From positions 111,538,001 to 111,602,000 of the forward strand of contig OX597821.1 of assembly GCA_951406725.2 (NCBI GenBank): a DNA stretch of 64,000 nucleotides, read 5' to 3'. A program made the position numbers and the translations under genes. Below are positions 1 to 14,559 of the stretch, piece after piece; position 1 is the stretch's first letter, and every line of letters begins with the position of its first letter. The DNA comes from Octopus vulgaris (lineage: Eukaryota). The notes beneath the pieces are model-generated. The model was given only the letters and a program-made list of their open reading frames with translations, had not been told where the DNA came from and searched no databases.

Positions 1-802
1 AGAACAAAACATAAACTACACTAGCATCAACAACTATAAAAACAAACCAACATCAACAACAAGAACAACAGCTGTAACAATAACAAAAACAGCAATTTAT
101 GTCGGCTGTTATACACTGCTGCCAAAAGAAAATAAGTCCTATACCTGTTAAACGATAATTGTTTGCAGACCTTACGAAGGAGCACGTTACTCTTCGTAGC
201 CGTGTAAACATTACAACGATATTCTTAATTATTCTATTAGTCGTAAAAGAAAAGTGGGGTGACTTTAGGCTTGCTTCCTTCATACCTTTTTCTGCGAATA
301 CAAATATAATCCCCGAGGAACCACGGCGCATTAAGAAACCGTTTCCAGTGAGTTAAGATAAATTGGAGAAATCGAACCGAAACGTGCCAAAAGATTTTCG
401 ACAAAATAGTGAGGAAATGGATTGTGGTGGTGGTGTCGTTTGGAAAGAGAGAGGGAGAGAGAGACTGAGAGAAAGAGAAATCTCGAGAGAGAGAGGGGGA
501 GAGGGAGAGGGGAAGGGAGAGAAAGGGAGGAGAAAGGATAGCGATGAGGATAAACCTTCAATGAAAGAAAGCTGGTTTTGCAGAGAAATTTCCGAGTTAT
601 TTTGCTAATATTAAAAATCTTAGTGTGTTAGAAACAAAAAGACGAAAAAGAAATAGGTTTTAAACGTCGGATGTGTTCTATATTTATGTGTTTCTCATCT
701 CACGTTGTCGTCTGTCGACGCTGGCTGCATACACACAAGCACACACACATATGTGTATATATATATATACATATTTTTCGTATGTCTATATATATATATA
801 TA

Positions 803-972
803 TAGTTGGAATTTACAAAAAAACCCACAAAAGATGAAGACAGGTGTAAAAACAACAAGTAGGTATATTAGTTTAACGCTAGGGAAGGTGACAAAGTATC
901 TTACGTTTCGAGCCTACGCCCTTCGACAGAAAGGAACACGAGAAAATAAACAGAGAGAATAAAAAAAAGCCT
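803..972 (-). mobile_element. Short (TA)n-adjacent repeat, family E, with a hammerhead-like motif
   Basis: Homologous to 20661-20845 (-) and 40526-40710 (+). Minus strand reads CTGTCGA-A-GGGC-gtag-GCTC-GAAACGTA. Confidence 0.7.
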
Positions 973-1487
973 TATTTAAAATTTGGCATGGTGGCAACAA
1001 AGCAACATACATGAAAAAGGAGAAACACACACACACACCCGCACACACACAATAGAGGTAGACATTGTCAAACCCTCATCAGCTGTCGACTAAGTATCAT
1101 CACAATTTTGATACCTTCCGACAATTTTCAATTTGCGGGTGTCAGTAATATAAGCTACTGGGGTACAAATGAGCGGGCATGAGAAGGCAAAATGGGACAA
1201 GCATTATAGCAAGAAAAAGATAAGGTCCCTTGACCGAACGGTAAATAAAGACGATTTAGGAGGAGGACTAGAAACTATATATATATATATATAACGAAAG
1301 AAATAAAGCCGTAACAGAAAAATAAATATTCCTATGTTTAATATAGAGAACGCTTCTGTGAGCAGTTCGCCGCGGCCATATTGTTGATATTCAAAATAAA
1401 AATTCTCTTTATTACAATAATGTGATAATTTCTGTCTAAATTGTAATCACAGAGATAAATAAGATTGGCTGAAGAAGTCGAAAAAGT

Positions 1488-1519
1488 CCGAACACGTTGG
1501 CTACCCTTCATCAGTCAGC
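1488..1519 (-). ncRNA. Degenerate hammerhead-like motif, possibly the 3' end of a Penelope-like remnant (~1293-1760)
   Basis: Minus strand CTGATGA-A-GG-gtag-CC-AACGTGT-T; the GA of GAAA is missing. Confidence 0.35.
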
Positions 1520-1859
1520 TTTAAAAGCAAAATGCAGCTTGCATCGTATTTGACATAAAAAATATTCTGTCATGTATGTTCAAGTCATCTCCTTTCCTTG
1601 TGTGTTTTTCTTAGATTTTGAACATTCACTAGAAAGGCTTCCGTCTATCAGGAGTTATCAACCATGTTTTACCTATGGATTTTTACCTTTGACTGCTAGG
1701 CTATTCTAGCCATTTGATGTTTTATTGTTTTATAGATGCTTCTATAGAAACTTCTTTCAAAATTCCTATTTTGTTTATCACATACTAACCTGTGTAGGTT
1801 GAACTATGTAAAATGTAAGAGAAAGAAACCTCACCGTTTCTTGCAATAAATACCAATAC

Positions 1860-2157
1860 TTCTTCTTCTTAGTCCTTCTTGCCCCTTGTGGAGTATAGGG
1901 CCGGTTTCATCGGCGTATAGGTTCCTCACCTGGACAGAACGCCGGTCCGTCGCAGGTGAGCTGCAAGATGCAGGAGGAAAGAGTGAAAGAAAGTTGTGGC
2001 GAAAGAGTCAGCAGAAGTTCACCATTACCTTCTACCGGAGCCTCGTGGAGCTTAGGTATTTCGTTCATAAACACACACATCGCCCGGTCTGAGATTCGAA
2101 CCCGCGATCCTTCGACCGCGAATCCGCTGCTCTAACCACTAGGCAATGTGCCTTCAC
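1860..2157 (-). mobile_element. tRNA-derived SINE, family C head with RTE-like 3' tail
   Basis: tRNA-like head (A/B boxes) near 2090-2157, (GAA)n tail, 12-bp TSD AAATACCAATAC at 1848-1859 and 2158-2169. Confidence 0.85.
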
Positions 2158-2599
2158 AAATACCAATACACACATCTAAACCAAAAATTTTTTCAGGGCT
2201 GTTTAAAATACTATTATGGCTCTCCTATTTACTATCTTGTTATGTGGACCCTCCCAAAATCTTACGTGGATCTCAGGGATCATATGGATTCTGGTTGAGG
2301 GCCACCGCTCTATCGACTCTCTACGCACTGCATGAATAAACTCAGGTTATCGAAGTATATTACATAAGTGAGAGCATATCATGTACATACATGGGCGTAC
2401 ACATACACAAAGTCACTTACGCAGGTGGACATGTAAACATACGCATGCGCATATGTTTAATTTCTCTTACAAATTAATTGGTTGCCTTCAACAATTTGTC
2501 ATTTAATGGTGCATTTAGCTCGTTAATCATATACTGAAATCGACTTTTCTTTATTCTCTATCTTTCTCTCTCTCTCTCTCCTGTTCCCTCATTATTTTC

Positions 2600-2801
2600 C
2601 TCTCTTCACACACCACACACACACACACAAACATATGCATAGACATATAAAAATGTATATGTGTAGTTTATATATACACATACGTATATATATGTGTGTG
2701 TGAGTTTGTGCGAATCTATGTGTATGTGTACATATATACACATATATATAAATATATATAACTATATATATCTGTAAATATATATATGTATATATATATA
2801 T

Positions 2802-2839
<38 letters not shown>

Positions 2840-2875
2840 GTAAATATATATATGTATATATATATATATATATAA

Positions 2876-2927
<52 letters not shown>

Positions 2928-2988
2928 TCATATATATATGTATGTATGTATTATATACAAAAACATATTTGCATGTATCTACATAAGC

Positions 2989-3033
<45 letters not shown>

Positions 3034-3047
3034 TACCTATATATATA

Positions 3048-3092
<45 letters not shown>

Positions 3093-3170
3093 CACATACA
3101 AACACGCACAAACATACACGCATACACATCTACATACGAACGTATATAGACATACACACAACCTTATATA
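2600..3170. repeat. Compound (TA)n/(CA)n/(GA)n microsatellite
   Basis: Directly visible. Similar blocks at 12850-13405, 17788-18345, 35660-36150, 44140-44394, 55530-56060 and 57960-58250. Confidence 0.95.
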
Positions 3171-3540
3171 TTAAATTCCTTTCCCATTTGCAAGATTCTT
3201 CATCGATTAAACGAATCTGCATTTACAGATATTTATTGTGCAAGTAGTAGTTATCTTTTCGAAATATATTCTGTTATTTATTCATTGAATATCTTCGTCA
3301 TTTAGATTCGCCATTTTCCTTTCCCCTCCTCCACTCTTTATTATCGAGTAAGCTGTATTATAACGATAAGAAACAATGTTAAGTCTTTAATTGTTTAGGT
3401 GAATGAAGCCATAGATATCACTGACAATGTTTCAATTTAAATGGCCTTATTATTGTTGTTATTATTATTATTATTATTATTATTGTTGTTGTTGTTGTTG
3501 TTGTTGTTATTATTATTATTATTACTATTATTATTATTAA

Positions 3541-3760
3541 GCCGGTGAGCTGGCAGAATCGTTAGCACGCCGGGCGAAATGCTTGGCGGCATTTCGTCCC
3601 GTCTTTACGTTCTGAGTTCAAATTCCGTCGTGATCGACTTTGCCTTTTCATCCTTTCGGGGCCGATAAATGAAGTACCAATGAAACACAGAGGTCGATGT
3701 AACCAACTAGCCCCACCTCCCTTCAAAATTCAGGCCGTGTGCCCTATAATAGAAAGGGTC
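3541..3760 (+). mobile_element. tRNA-derived SINE, family A (Meta/MESC-like central domain)
   Basis: GAGCTGGCAGAATCGTTAGC head, GAGTTCAAATTCC B box, TTTCATCCTTTCGGGG..GATAAA..AAGTACCA core; more than 10 copies in the window. Confidence 0.85.
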
Positions 3761-3808
3761 ATTATCATCATCATCATCATCATCATCACCATTATCATTA
3801 TTATTATT

Positions 3809-3906
3809 CTATGTTTGACTTTTGCTTTACATATGTACAAGTTGGCTCCAAGTCTCACCCAGAGAACTCAAGAGACAAGTTGGAAGTTCATGTTGGTGTT
3901 ATGCCT
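3809..3906 (-). mobile_element. R4/Dong-type retrotransposon, 3' UTR only
   Basis: Same 3' end (...AAAGCAAAAGTCAAACATAG then (AAT)n) as the copies at 4146 and 5193; flanked by (TTA)n. Confidence 0.8.
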
Positions 3907-3914
3907 TATTATTA

Positions 3915-4039
<125 letters not shown>

Positions 4040-4056
4040 CATTATTATTATTATTA

Positions 4057-4145
<89 letters not shown>

Positions 4146-4146
<1 letters not shown>

Positions 4147-5083
4147 TATGTTTGACTTTTGCTTTATGTCTGTACAAGTTGGCTCCAAGTCTCACCCAGA
4201 GACCTCAAGAGACAACAAGTTGGAAGTTCTGTGCCATATATTTGGTATTTTTTTCTTTTTCTTTTCTTTTTTTGTGTTGTACTAGTGAATGTCTAATACA
4301 TAAAAACAAAAAATAAATAAATAAATAAAAAGTTTGTTTTAAACCTTGGGATTACATAGAGAGTATTTTGCGTAGGATATGAGCAGTTCCCATGAGCACT
4401 ATCTTTTGAATTTCTGCCATTTTTGGGTTTCCTGGTATCTGAGTTAGGTAGCAATCAGTCCCTTTCGCTATCATTCCCAGGGCACCTATGACAACAGGTA
4501 TTGTTTTAGTCTTCAGCTTCCACATTTTGCTGATTTCTATTTCAAGATCTTTATATTTGCTCAGTTTTTGGTAGGTCTTGACAGATACGTTTATATTGAT
4601 TGGGACAGTCATATCAATGAGGAGGCATGTTCTTTGTCTGAAGTCTTTCAATATAATGTCTGGCCTATTTGCATCTATCTTCCTGTCAGTTTGAATGGTG
4701 AAGTTCCAGAGGAGTGAGATGTGGTCATTTTCAAGCACAGGAGGTGGATTGTGTTCCCACCAGTTTTTTTCATGGGGCAAATCCAGGTTTTTGCAAATTA
4801 CCCAGTGAATATATTGTGCAGCTCTATCATGCCTACTGAGGTACTCTGTAGGCGCTAGAAGACTGCATTTGGAGACAACATGGTCAATGGTTTCATTTTG
4901 TTGTCGGCATACACGACATGTTGGGCTACTGCCGTTCTTTAATATGTTGGCCTGGTAGTTTCTTGTTGGTAGGCATTGATCTTGAGCTGCTATGATAAAC
5001 CCCTCAGTTTCAGATTTTAAGCCAGAGGCCATTAGCCATTGATGGGTCAGGGCTTTGTCGATATCTGCATTATTCGCTCTCTT
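4146..5083 (-). mobile_element. 5'-truncated R4/Dong-clade non-LTR retrotransposon in (TAA)n
   Basis: 3' UTR plus C-terminal ORF, with (TTA)n on both sides. Confidence 0.9.
4352..5083 (-). pseudogene. C-terminal ORF fragment: CCHC zinc knuckle plus restriction-like endonuclease (REL)
   Basis: ETEGFIIAAQDQ, CRVC...ETIDHVVSKC, RHD, RPDII...LLIDMTVP, KLSKYKDL, IPVVIGALG; open frame of about 243 aa, no RT domain. Confidence 0.9.
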
Positions 5084-5091
5084 TATTATTA

Positions 5092-6027
<936 letters not shown>

Positions 6028-6030
6028 TAA

Positions 6031-6086
6031 AGCGGTGAGCTGGCAAAATCGTCTGCACACCGGGGAAAATGTCTGAGTTCAGATTC

Positions 6087-6145
<59 letters not shown>

Positions 6146-6174
6146 GCACGCGCACACACACACACACACACGCA

Positions 6175-6212
<38 letters not shown>

Positions 6213-6331
6213 TCGATTTCGCCCTACATCCTTCCGGGGTCAATGAGATAAGTACCAGTTACGCACTGAGGTCGATGTAATCGACTAGCCCCTCCCCCAA
6301 ATTTCAAGCCTTGTGCCTATCATAGAAAGTA

Positions 6332-6332
<1 letters not shown>
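6031..6332 (+). mobile_element. SINE A interrupted by (CA)n
   Basis: Head at 6031-6088, (CA)n at 6090-6210, core and tail at 6211-6332. Confidence 0.75.
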
Positions 6333-6386
<54 letters not shown>

Positions 6387-6510
6387 CATGTTTATTATTT
6401 TTGTTAGTATTCTTATTTTATCTTACTCCTCCTAATTTTCCTCTTCCTCCTCCCCCTCTTTATTAGTATTATTATTGTTGTTATCATCGTCATCGTCGTC
6501 ATCATCATCA

Positions 6511-6541
<31 letters not shown>

Positions 6542-6612
6542 TGTTGTTGGTACTGTTATCGTTATTATTATTATTATTATTATTGTTGTTGTTGCTATCA
6601 TCATCATTATCA

Positions 6613-6644
<32 letters not shown>

Positions 6645-6791
6645 GCTGTTGTTATTATTATTATTAGTTTTATAGAATCGTGTATCCTCAGCGGAAATTG
6701 TATGATTCTTCAAAATCTGATCAACAGAAAGCTCAGGGGTTCGCTGGATCCGAATTGTTAAGGAAGGCAATTAATGGAAGGTAATCTAATT

Positions 6792-6852
<61 letters not shown>

Positions 6853-7004
6853 CCAACATCATCATAATCATCGTCATCTTTGTTGTTTTTTTTTTTTTTC
6901 ATTGATATTCTTTATGTTGTTCTTATTATTTTATTATTATTGTTGTCATTGTTCTGCCTATTATTATTAGTATTGTTGCTGCTGTTTTCGTTGTTATTAT
7001 TGCA

Positions 7005-7060
<56 letters not shown>

Positions 7061-7091
7061 TGCTACTACTGCTACTACTACTACCACCACC

Positions 7092-7149
<58 letters not shown>

Positions 7150-7290
7150 TTATTATTATTATTATTATTACTATTATTATTATTATTATTAGTAGTAGTA
7201 GTAGAAGTAGTAGGAGTAGATGCTGCAGTAGTAGTAGTAGTAATAGGACGAGGAGGAGGAGGAGGAGGAGGAGGAAGAAGAGGAAGAGTA
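6333..7290. repeat. Compound trinucleotide microsatellites (TTA/TCA/CTA/GGA)
   Basis: Directly visible. Similar blocks at 22640-22900, 23323-23790 and 42690-43250. Confidence 0.95.
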
Positions 7291-7396
7291 AGTGTAGCTG
7301 TAGAAGCAGTTGTCGCTTTTGGTTCGTCATTTCCGTAGCTCTATCGCATCCATTATTCTCCGTTTTCTCCAGAGAATACAAGTAACGAAGTACACG

Positions 7397-7449
<53 letters not shown>

Positions 7450-7658
7450 ACAAACACACACACACATACATACACACGCACATACATACACACATACACA
7501 CACTCACGCACACACACACACACACGCGCACACACACAAACAAGTAGACACACGCAATCTCACATACGTACACAAACATGTACACAGGCACTCTCTCTCT
7601 CTCTCATACACACACACATGTAGACACAAACACGCACACAAACATGTAGACACAGGCA

Positions 7659-7694
<36 letters not shown>

Positions 7695-8286
7695 CACACA
7701 GACTCAACACCACACCACACGCTAAAAGACTTACTCTGATTTAAATTAATATAAAAATGGCCACATACAATATTCAACGCTAAGATTTATCAACAACGTT
7801 CTTGTCAAAGTAATAATTAGGAACTCGATTCACATCCAGGAAGAATATGGCAGTTCTTTGTTAAGAGGAAATTACTGGATATGTTTAGCTTTAGGAGGGC
7901 GAGTAACTACTGACACGTTTTTCTTGTTCAAATTAATTCTTTCACTGCTTCCATTATAAACTTTATTATTATTATCTAGGTTATCATTAGGTTAATAAAT
8001 CCATTAGATAAGGAAATGAAACGAGTTAAAGACCTTAACACAGCGATTATTCCATTGCAATTAGGGTTTAGGTTAATATTAACGAGTACCTAATTTGAAC
8101 GAAACGGCGGAAAAGGAGAAAGGGTGGAAAGTATTTAGACAAAGTCTAAATATCTTCTTCTTCTTCTTCTTCTTCTTCTTCTTCTTCTTCTTCTTCTTCT
8201 TCTTCTTCTTCTTCTTCTTCTTCTTCTTCTTCTTCTTCTTCTTCTTCTTCTCCCCCCTCCTCCTCCTCTTCCTTCTTCTTTTTCTT

Positions 8287-8317
<31 letters not shown>

Positions 8318-8334
8318 TTATTATTATTATTATT

Positions 8335-8884
8335 GAGTGAGAGAGCAGTGCATGCCATCAAAGTGACACTGGGGTAAAATATACAAAGCCCAGTATACCC
8401 ATCATGACTACCTGTCTGATAAGGGCACACCAGGCACATGCATCACAACCATATGTGCGCGACATGATTTCATATCAAGATAAACAGCGCATGACCTTGT
8501 AGGTGGGGTCCAGTTAGAATTTTCTTCAGGTCGAGTAGCCCATTCCACTCAAAAGGTCCTTGAATAAGGATTAAGGATGTTGAACGAAACACCCATGTTT
8601 CCGAAGGTGAATTATCCAAACCCCAAAGAATTCCTCCCAACACATGGCTATGATGCTCCCCCACTACTTCTGCTCGTGATCAGAGATGCACATATCGTCA
8701 GCCACTAAGGGACATGCTCAACTGGTTAAGGTCAAACAACTAACAAGCAAATCTGTGGTATTGAGCAGAATATTTGCTGTAGCCCATCTTTTATACCAAG
8801 ACAAAACAATGTACATGATAATACCTCCAATCAGTTAAGATCAGAAGCCATGAGAGCCACTGCCTGGTACTGCATCAGGGCATT
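8335..8884. mobile_element. Non-coding ~550-bp insert in (TTA)n, candidate non-autonomous element
   Basis: Complex sequence with sharp (TTA)n boundaries on both sides; no ORF and no tRNA head seen. Confidence 0.55.
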
Positions 8885-8915
8885 TATTATTATTATTATT
8901 GTTATTATTATTATG

Positions 8916-9013
<98 letters not shown>

Positions 9014-9026
9014 CATTATTATTATA

Positions 9027-9324
9027 CATTTCACTTCTCAGAGCTCTCGATTTCACTTGCTCCGGTTAATTTTGTAAGAGTGGACAACAACCTGTCGTCA
9101 AGGTTCTCACAGAGTCTCTTTCCACTATTCTTAACGTCTAAGTACCAGTTTCCAAATCTTCATTGTTATCAATAAAGCAAGTTTTCTGAACTGCTTTTCT
9201 GAACTGTTTTATACTCTACCCTCGTGTCAGTCCCAATTTCTCCCAACAAATTTCTCAAACCTGGTTGTTAATGCCCGCAGTGCCCCTCCAGCTACTGGGA
9301 TGACAATTACTTTCTTCGTTGCCT
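9027..9324 (-). mobile_element. Decayed 3' end of a second R4/Dong-like family
   Basis: Minus-strand translation KKVIVIPVAGGALRALTTRFEKFVG...VQKT; 3' end abuts (TAA)n at 8884-9025. Confidence 0.7.
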
Positions 9325-9329
9325 ACATT

Positions 9330-9850
9330 AATATCCGCTGCATGGTGGATTGGGCATACCGTGACTGATGATGCTCAAACTTGCGCTGAGGCTACGACAT
9401 CTCCAGCGTTTCCTTGACGGTGAACAGATGTAGACGCTGTTCGCCAGACTCGAGTTTTTCCCAGCTGGTCTCCTTCAATGAGCTGCAGTCCTGGGTCAAA
9501 CAAAGAACGAGAAGAAGCATATGGGAAGTTGAGTGTCTTTAAGGACTCACAGCTCTCAGCCAGTTGGTCACTGCAATGGGTAGAAAGCCCACTTTAGCGT
9601 TCTACAGAAGATTAGTGGTGGTAGATTGCGACGACTTCCTTGGGGAGACCCTGGGCATCGAAGATGATCAACTAGCCGCTCCCTTCATGAGAATTTGCAG
9701 CTCAGGGCCGATGGATAACGTCCAGATTTCCCTGATCTGACAGTGCTACCGGAGATGATTGCTTGTTCAAGATAAACTCTATAAATAGGGAAGTGCCGCC
9801 AGCCGAGCATGTCCGAGATGCACGCAGGGTGAAGAAACCGTCCACACCTG
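9330..9850 (+). mobile_element. L1/Tx1-like LINE ORF2 fragment
   Basis: Translates YPLHGGLGIP*LMMLKLALRLRHLQRFLDGEQ; homologous to the reverse complement of 29890-30000. Confidence 0.7.
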
Positions 9851-10128
9851 AAAAGACATTCATTAGACGATAATAAAATATGCCAGTTTCTCACATTAAA
9901 CTAAGGCCACATAGATTTTTAAAGTATCCGGCCCGCAAATTGGAGAAATCGAACCGAAACATGCCAAATTAGATACCTCTACGAGCTCAAATGGGAGCCA
10001 TTACGTGGCCTCTCGACCAGCGAGGAATAAACAACTAAATATTTCGTGGTTACACAAGATGGTAGTTTTAAATCGTTTGAAAATTTCGCGAATGTTCGAT
10101 GTATTCATTTTTAGTGCCATTTCTATAG

Positions 10129-10560
10129 ATGCAAAGCGAAAAAATCGAGGAGGTAAAGGAGTATGTCTACTTAGGACACACTGTAAATATGCGCCAAGAA
10201 ATGGATACTGAACTTTCAAAGAGAATAATGGCAGGATGGAAGGCATTTAAATCAATAAAGAGAGACAAGAAGCAAATTCAAAATGAGATAATTCGAGAAC
10301 GAAGTGGAATGGACGATGTGATCGCGGAATACCGAAAGCACGAATTCCACTGTGCCTGACATATCGCAAAGTTCGCAGACAACAGGTGGACCCATGGAGA
10401 TGTTCTGTGGTATCCAAAAGATTGGAAAAGGCCACTTGGAAGGCCTTCACGTTGATGGATAAACGATTTAGTTAAGCGATCTGGGTCAAGATGAAAAAGA
10501 ATGGCGCAATCAAGACAGAATTGGAAGCGCATTGTAATCAGCGGTGTATAACAGCATCTG
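10129..10560 (+). mobile_element. RTE-clade LINE 3' ORF fragment
   Basis: IEEVKEYVYLG, KRIMAGWKAF, NEIIRERSG, DNRWT...WYPKDWKRPLGRP; contains stops. Confidence 0.85.
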
Positions 10561-10704
10561 AAGATTTGGTCAAAACTATGGCACTGTGATTCTTTTTCAT
10601 TATGAATATGAATAGGGTTCATTGTAAAATTAGAGGTCAATCGCGCAAACATCTTTAGGCTCTGGAAAATAACATTCTGGTGAGACATGAGCAAAAAAAA
10701 AAAG

Positions 10705-10787
10705 GAAAAAAGAAAAAGACAAGAGAAAAGAAAAAAGAAAAAGACAAGAGAAAAGAAAAAAGAAAAAGACAAGAGAAAAGAAAAAAA
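10705..10787. repeat. 25-bp A-rich tandem repeat, 3 copies
   Basis: GAAAAAAGAAAAAGACAAGAGAAAA repeated. Confidence 0.85.
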
Positions 10788-10804
10788 GAAGCAGTACTGC
10801 ATTG

Positions 10805-11022
10805 TATGTTTGTGTGTTTGTTTGTTTGTCTCCCCAACATCGCTTGACAACCGATGCTGGTGTGTTCACATCCCCGTAACTTAGCGGTTCGGCAAAAGAG
10901 ACCGATAGAATAAGTGCTAGGCTTACAAAGAATAAATCCCGTGGTCGATTTGCTCGACTAAAGGTGGTGCTCCAGCATGGCCGCAGTCAAATGACTGAAA
11001 CAAGTAAAAGAGCAAAAGAGTA
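10805..11022 (+). mobile_element. SINE B, 3' half
   Basis: TCGCTTGACAACCGATGCTGG...CCAGCATGGCCGCAGTCAAATGACTGAAAC tail, as in 37263-37610. Confidence 0.85.
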
Positions 11023-13294
11023 ATATACTACAGCATACTTTTAAAGTATACTGTATGTTTGAGAATATTTCCATATATGCAATAAAGGCACCACTTATAC
11101 TTGTAGCATTAGGTAACATTCTGACTTGCGTATGCATACATAGACATATATAGATACTTAAACATTATTAACTGTAGATATGAGTGCTATATGTTAATCT
11201 TACAATCTACCCACGTGTATCAAGAGATGTGTAAATTCACACATAAACAGATAAATCATCATGTATGTGTCAACATATGGAAAATACAACTTTAAATAGA
11301 ATATAAAGATAAATTTCAACTGAGAACTGATGTGAGATTATATATAAAGCACAAAACATCACGCATCCGAGTTTGGCCGAAGCCACACGACAAAGGGTGA
11401 GATAAGTAGTCACCCACGTTAAACCAGTACCCGGATCTAAATAAAACTAAATTATTCCAGCTTCGTATTCGCTGTGGTTGAGATAATAATTTAGTGGGGG
11501 CGGCGTTAACTTGTAACGAAGGGAAGCGTTGAAAATAAAAAGAAATGATAGTTTTTTAAAAACATGTTTGAGAAGCCCTTTATCTACAAAACCGTTTTTA
11601 TTCAGAAACTCAACACGACTTCGGCGTCGGGTTGGAACTAATGAAATAGATGTAGGGTAGTACAATATTCTGCTGGAGCGATCAGTTGCTGAATTCATGT
11701 TTCTCTGCTAAATTTGGGTTTTGCATCGAAAATACATATTCAGCAAAACAATATATCTTTTTCTAAGTCTTTCTTTCTTTCTTTCTTTCTTTCTTTATTT
11801 ATTTATTTATTTATATATTTATTTTTTCTTTCTTCTTTCTTTATTTTTTGTATAATGATAACCTTTGCAAATTCTGTATAACGATAAGGTTTGTAAATTT
11901 AATCCCAGTCGGGAGATCAACAAAATAATTCGTTCAAAATTTTCTATAACCTACACACATACACACACACGTACAAACACACACACACACACGCGCGCGC
12001 ACACTCAGGCACACGCATACATATACACAGATACGTACATAAAAAAAAAAAAACGACTGAAAAGAGAAAAAAACGAAGTGACATAAAATAAATATATAAA
12101 TCTAAGTAAAAAAGAACATATATAAGTAAAAATATTAATAAAAATAAATAAAAAAATGGAGGGAAAAAGCTTGCGGTTCTGTAAGAAGAAAAAAGGAAAA
12201 TAATAAAAAGTGTTCCCTTGTTGCATCAACGAAAACAACTTCCAAAATCGACAAATTATAAATATTTATCCAGACAACAGATTTCTGACTAACGCTAATA
12301 CTTGTACTCTGTATGCTGCATATATTACAGAACAGAATTGGTCATTCGCAGATCAGTTCACAGAACTGTAATACACATTAAAATATACCATCCACACTCA
12401 CGAGACAAGTCACCATTCTATGTTGCCAGAACCAAAAAATAGACCGTATTTTTTTTCTGCTATAGTTGTTGCGTTTTTTTCTTTTTTTTTTTTTCCTGTA
12501 GTATATTTTTTATTTTCTGTGTTTAGCAACCAGATGTAAGACACGTGAAACGTGCCAAGCCAACCGTGACGAAATTCATCATTTATACAATAAGAAATAT
12601 CTAGCCTAATTTAAACGTCATCATTTATTCTTCCACATATTTTCATCCGCATATGCGGACCGATACAGAGACACAGGCACGCAGATACGCAGACGCATAC
12701 AGAGGCACAGCGCCACATAGAGGAGCCACACGCAGAGCTACATACGGACACGCAAACACACACACGAGCATCATATATTCCCACAAACAATTTAAGATAA
12801 TACGGACTATCATCGCTGTTTGAGGAAGTTGAAATAAGTAAATTATGGATGTGTGTGTGTGTATGTATGTGTGTGTGTGTATGTGTGTGTGTGTGTATGT
12901 GTGTGTGTGTATGTGTGTGTGTGTGTGTACATCCATACAAACATCTACGTGGGTAAATATGTGGAGTGGTTATGCGTATATATACGCATATATGTGTGTG
13001 AATGTATGTATATTTAAATGTATATAAGTATATATTATATATATGTACATATGTATATATATATATGTGTGTGTGTGTGAGTGTGCGTGTGTGTATGTAT
13101 GTGTGTATATATATGTGTATATATATATATATATTTACGTTTATGTACGTATGTATTTGCATATAGATGTGAGTATGTATATGTCTCTCTCCCTCTATCT
13201 ATCTAACTACCTACCTACCTACCTACCTATGTATATATATATACATTACATGCATATGTATATATATGTATGTATATATATCTGTATATATATG

Positions 13295-13327
<33 letters not shown>

Positions 13328-13332
13328 GTATG

Positions 13333-13407
<75 letters not shown>

Positions 13408-14559
13408 TAAAGAACATACCCAAATAATAAACCAATTATTTTGTTTCGTGTTCGGTTATAATTTGGTCAATTTTCTTTCACTATTAAAATAAGATGTAAG
13501 CAAAGAAAATGATATCTGCGCAATGAGAAGAAATACAGATGTAACAATAACAACAGCAACAACAACAACAAGAACAACAACACCAGCAGCCGCAGCAGCA
13601 CTAACAACAGCAACAACAACAACAACAGCAACAACAACAAAGAAATATTTGTAGTTTATCAAGTAAATAATGAAATGATGCCTTGCATATTTTAAAAGGA
13701 AATTCTTTAAACGCTATCGAATTACGACATAAATTTTCATATTTTGTTTGAAACGTTTGTATATGGCGATAGAAACGTAGTGAGAGTGGAGTGGTGGTGA
13801 GTATAATACCTGCTGCTAAATAATTGACTAAAATAATAGAGATGAAACAAACATACAGAGAGGAAGATATAATAAGAAAGACGAAAATTAAAAGAGATAG
13901 ATAGAGAGAGAGAAAGAGAGAGGGGTGTATTGAGCTGTAAAAGACGGAGGATTTCATAATATTCTTAACTATAAATAATGGCTCCTAATAAATAATGAAA
14001 AGAGATCTATTGAAGGTGTGTTTTTCGAGATAACTCAGCGTGCTGGCATCTTTTTTGAAAATTATTTTCAGATAATCATTATTTCCTATTAAGCTGCGGT
14101 CGTTAAAAAGAGAGGAAAAAATATCTATCTGTATATTGAATGCAAATGTGGGAGTTGGGTAAAAATGATAGCGAGTCTTAGCTTAATAACAAATTTAATT
14201 ATTTGCTTTATGAATCCTAATGTACACTAGAATGTTTTGCTTTCAATGAATCGCGGGGGATCATTTTTTTAAAGTGGTTTCTATTCTGTGGTTAGATTAT
14301 ATTAGATAATACAAACATTTTTGCAATAGATAGATATACAGCTTCTAATTGTAATATCGAGATATGAGCCTGGAGTTACAGTTTTAAGACGAAAGAAAAA
14401 AGAAACATATTAGTAATTCGAAAATGATTGAATAAATAATGTGCCAGCTTTAGCATTCGATTTTCAGAAGAGTATAGGTTGGCAAAAAAACCAAATTTGC
14501 TACCTTCTCTTCGATTTTTCCTGATTATCTTTACCCATGACCATAAATTTTAGGCAATG

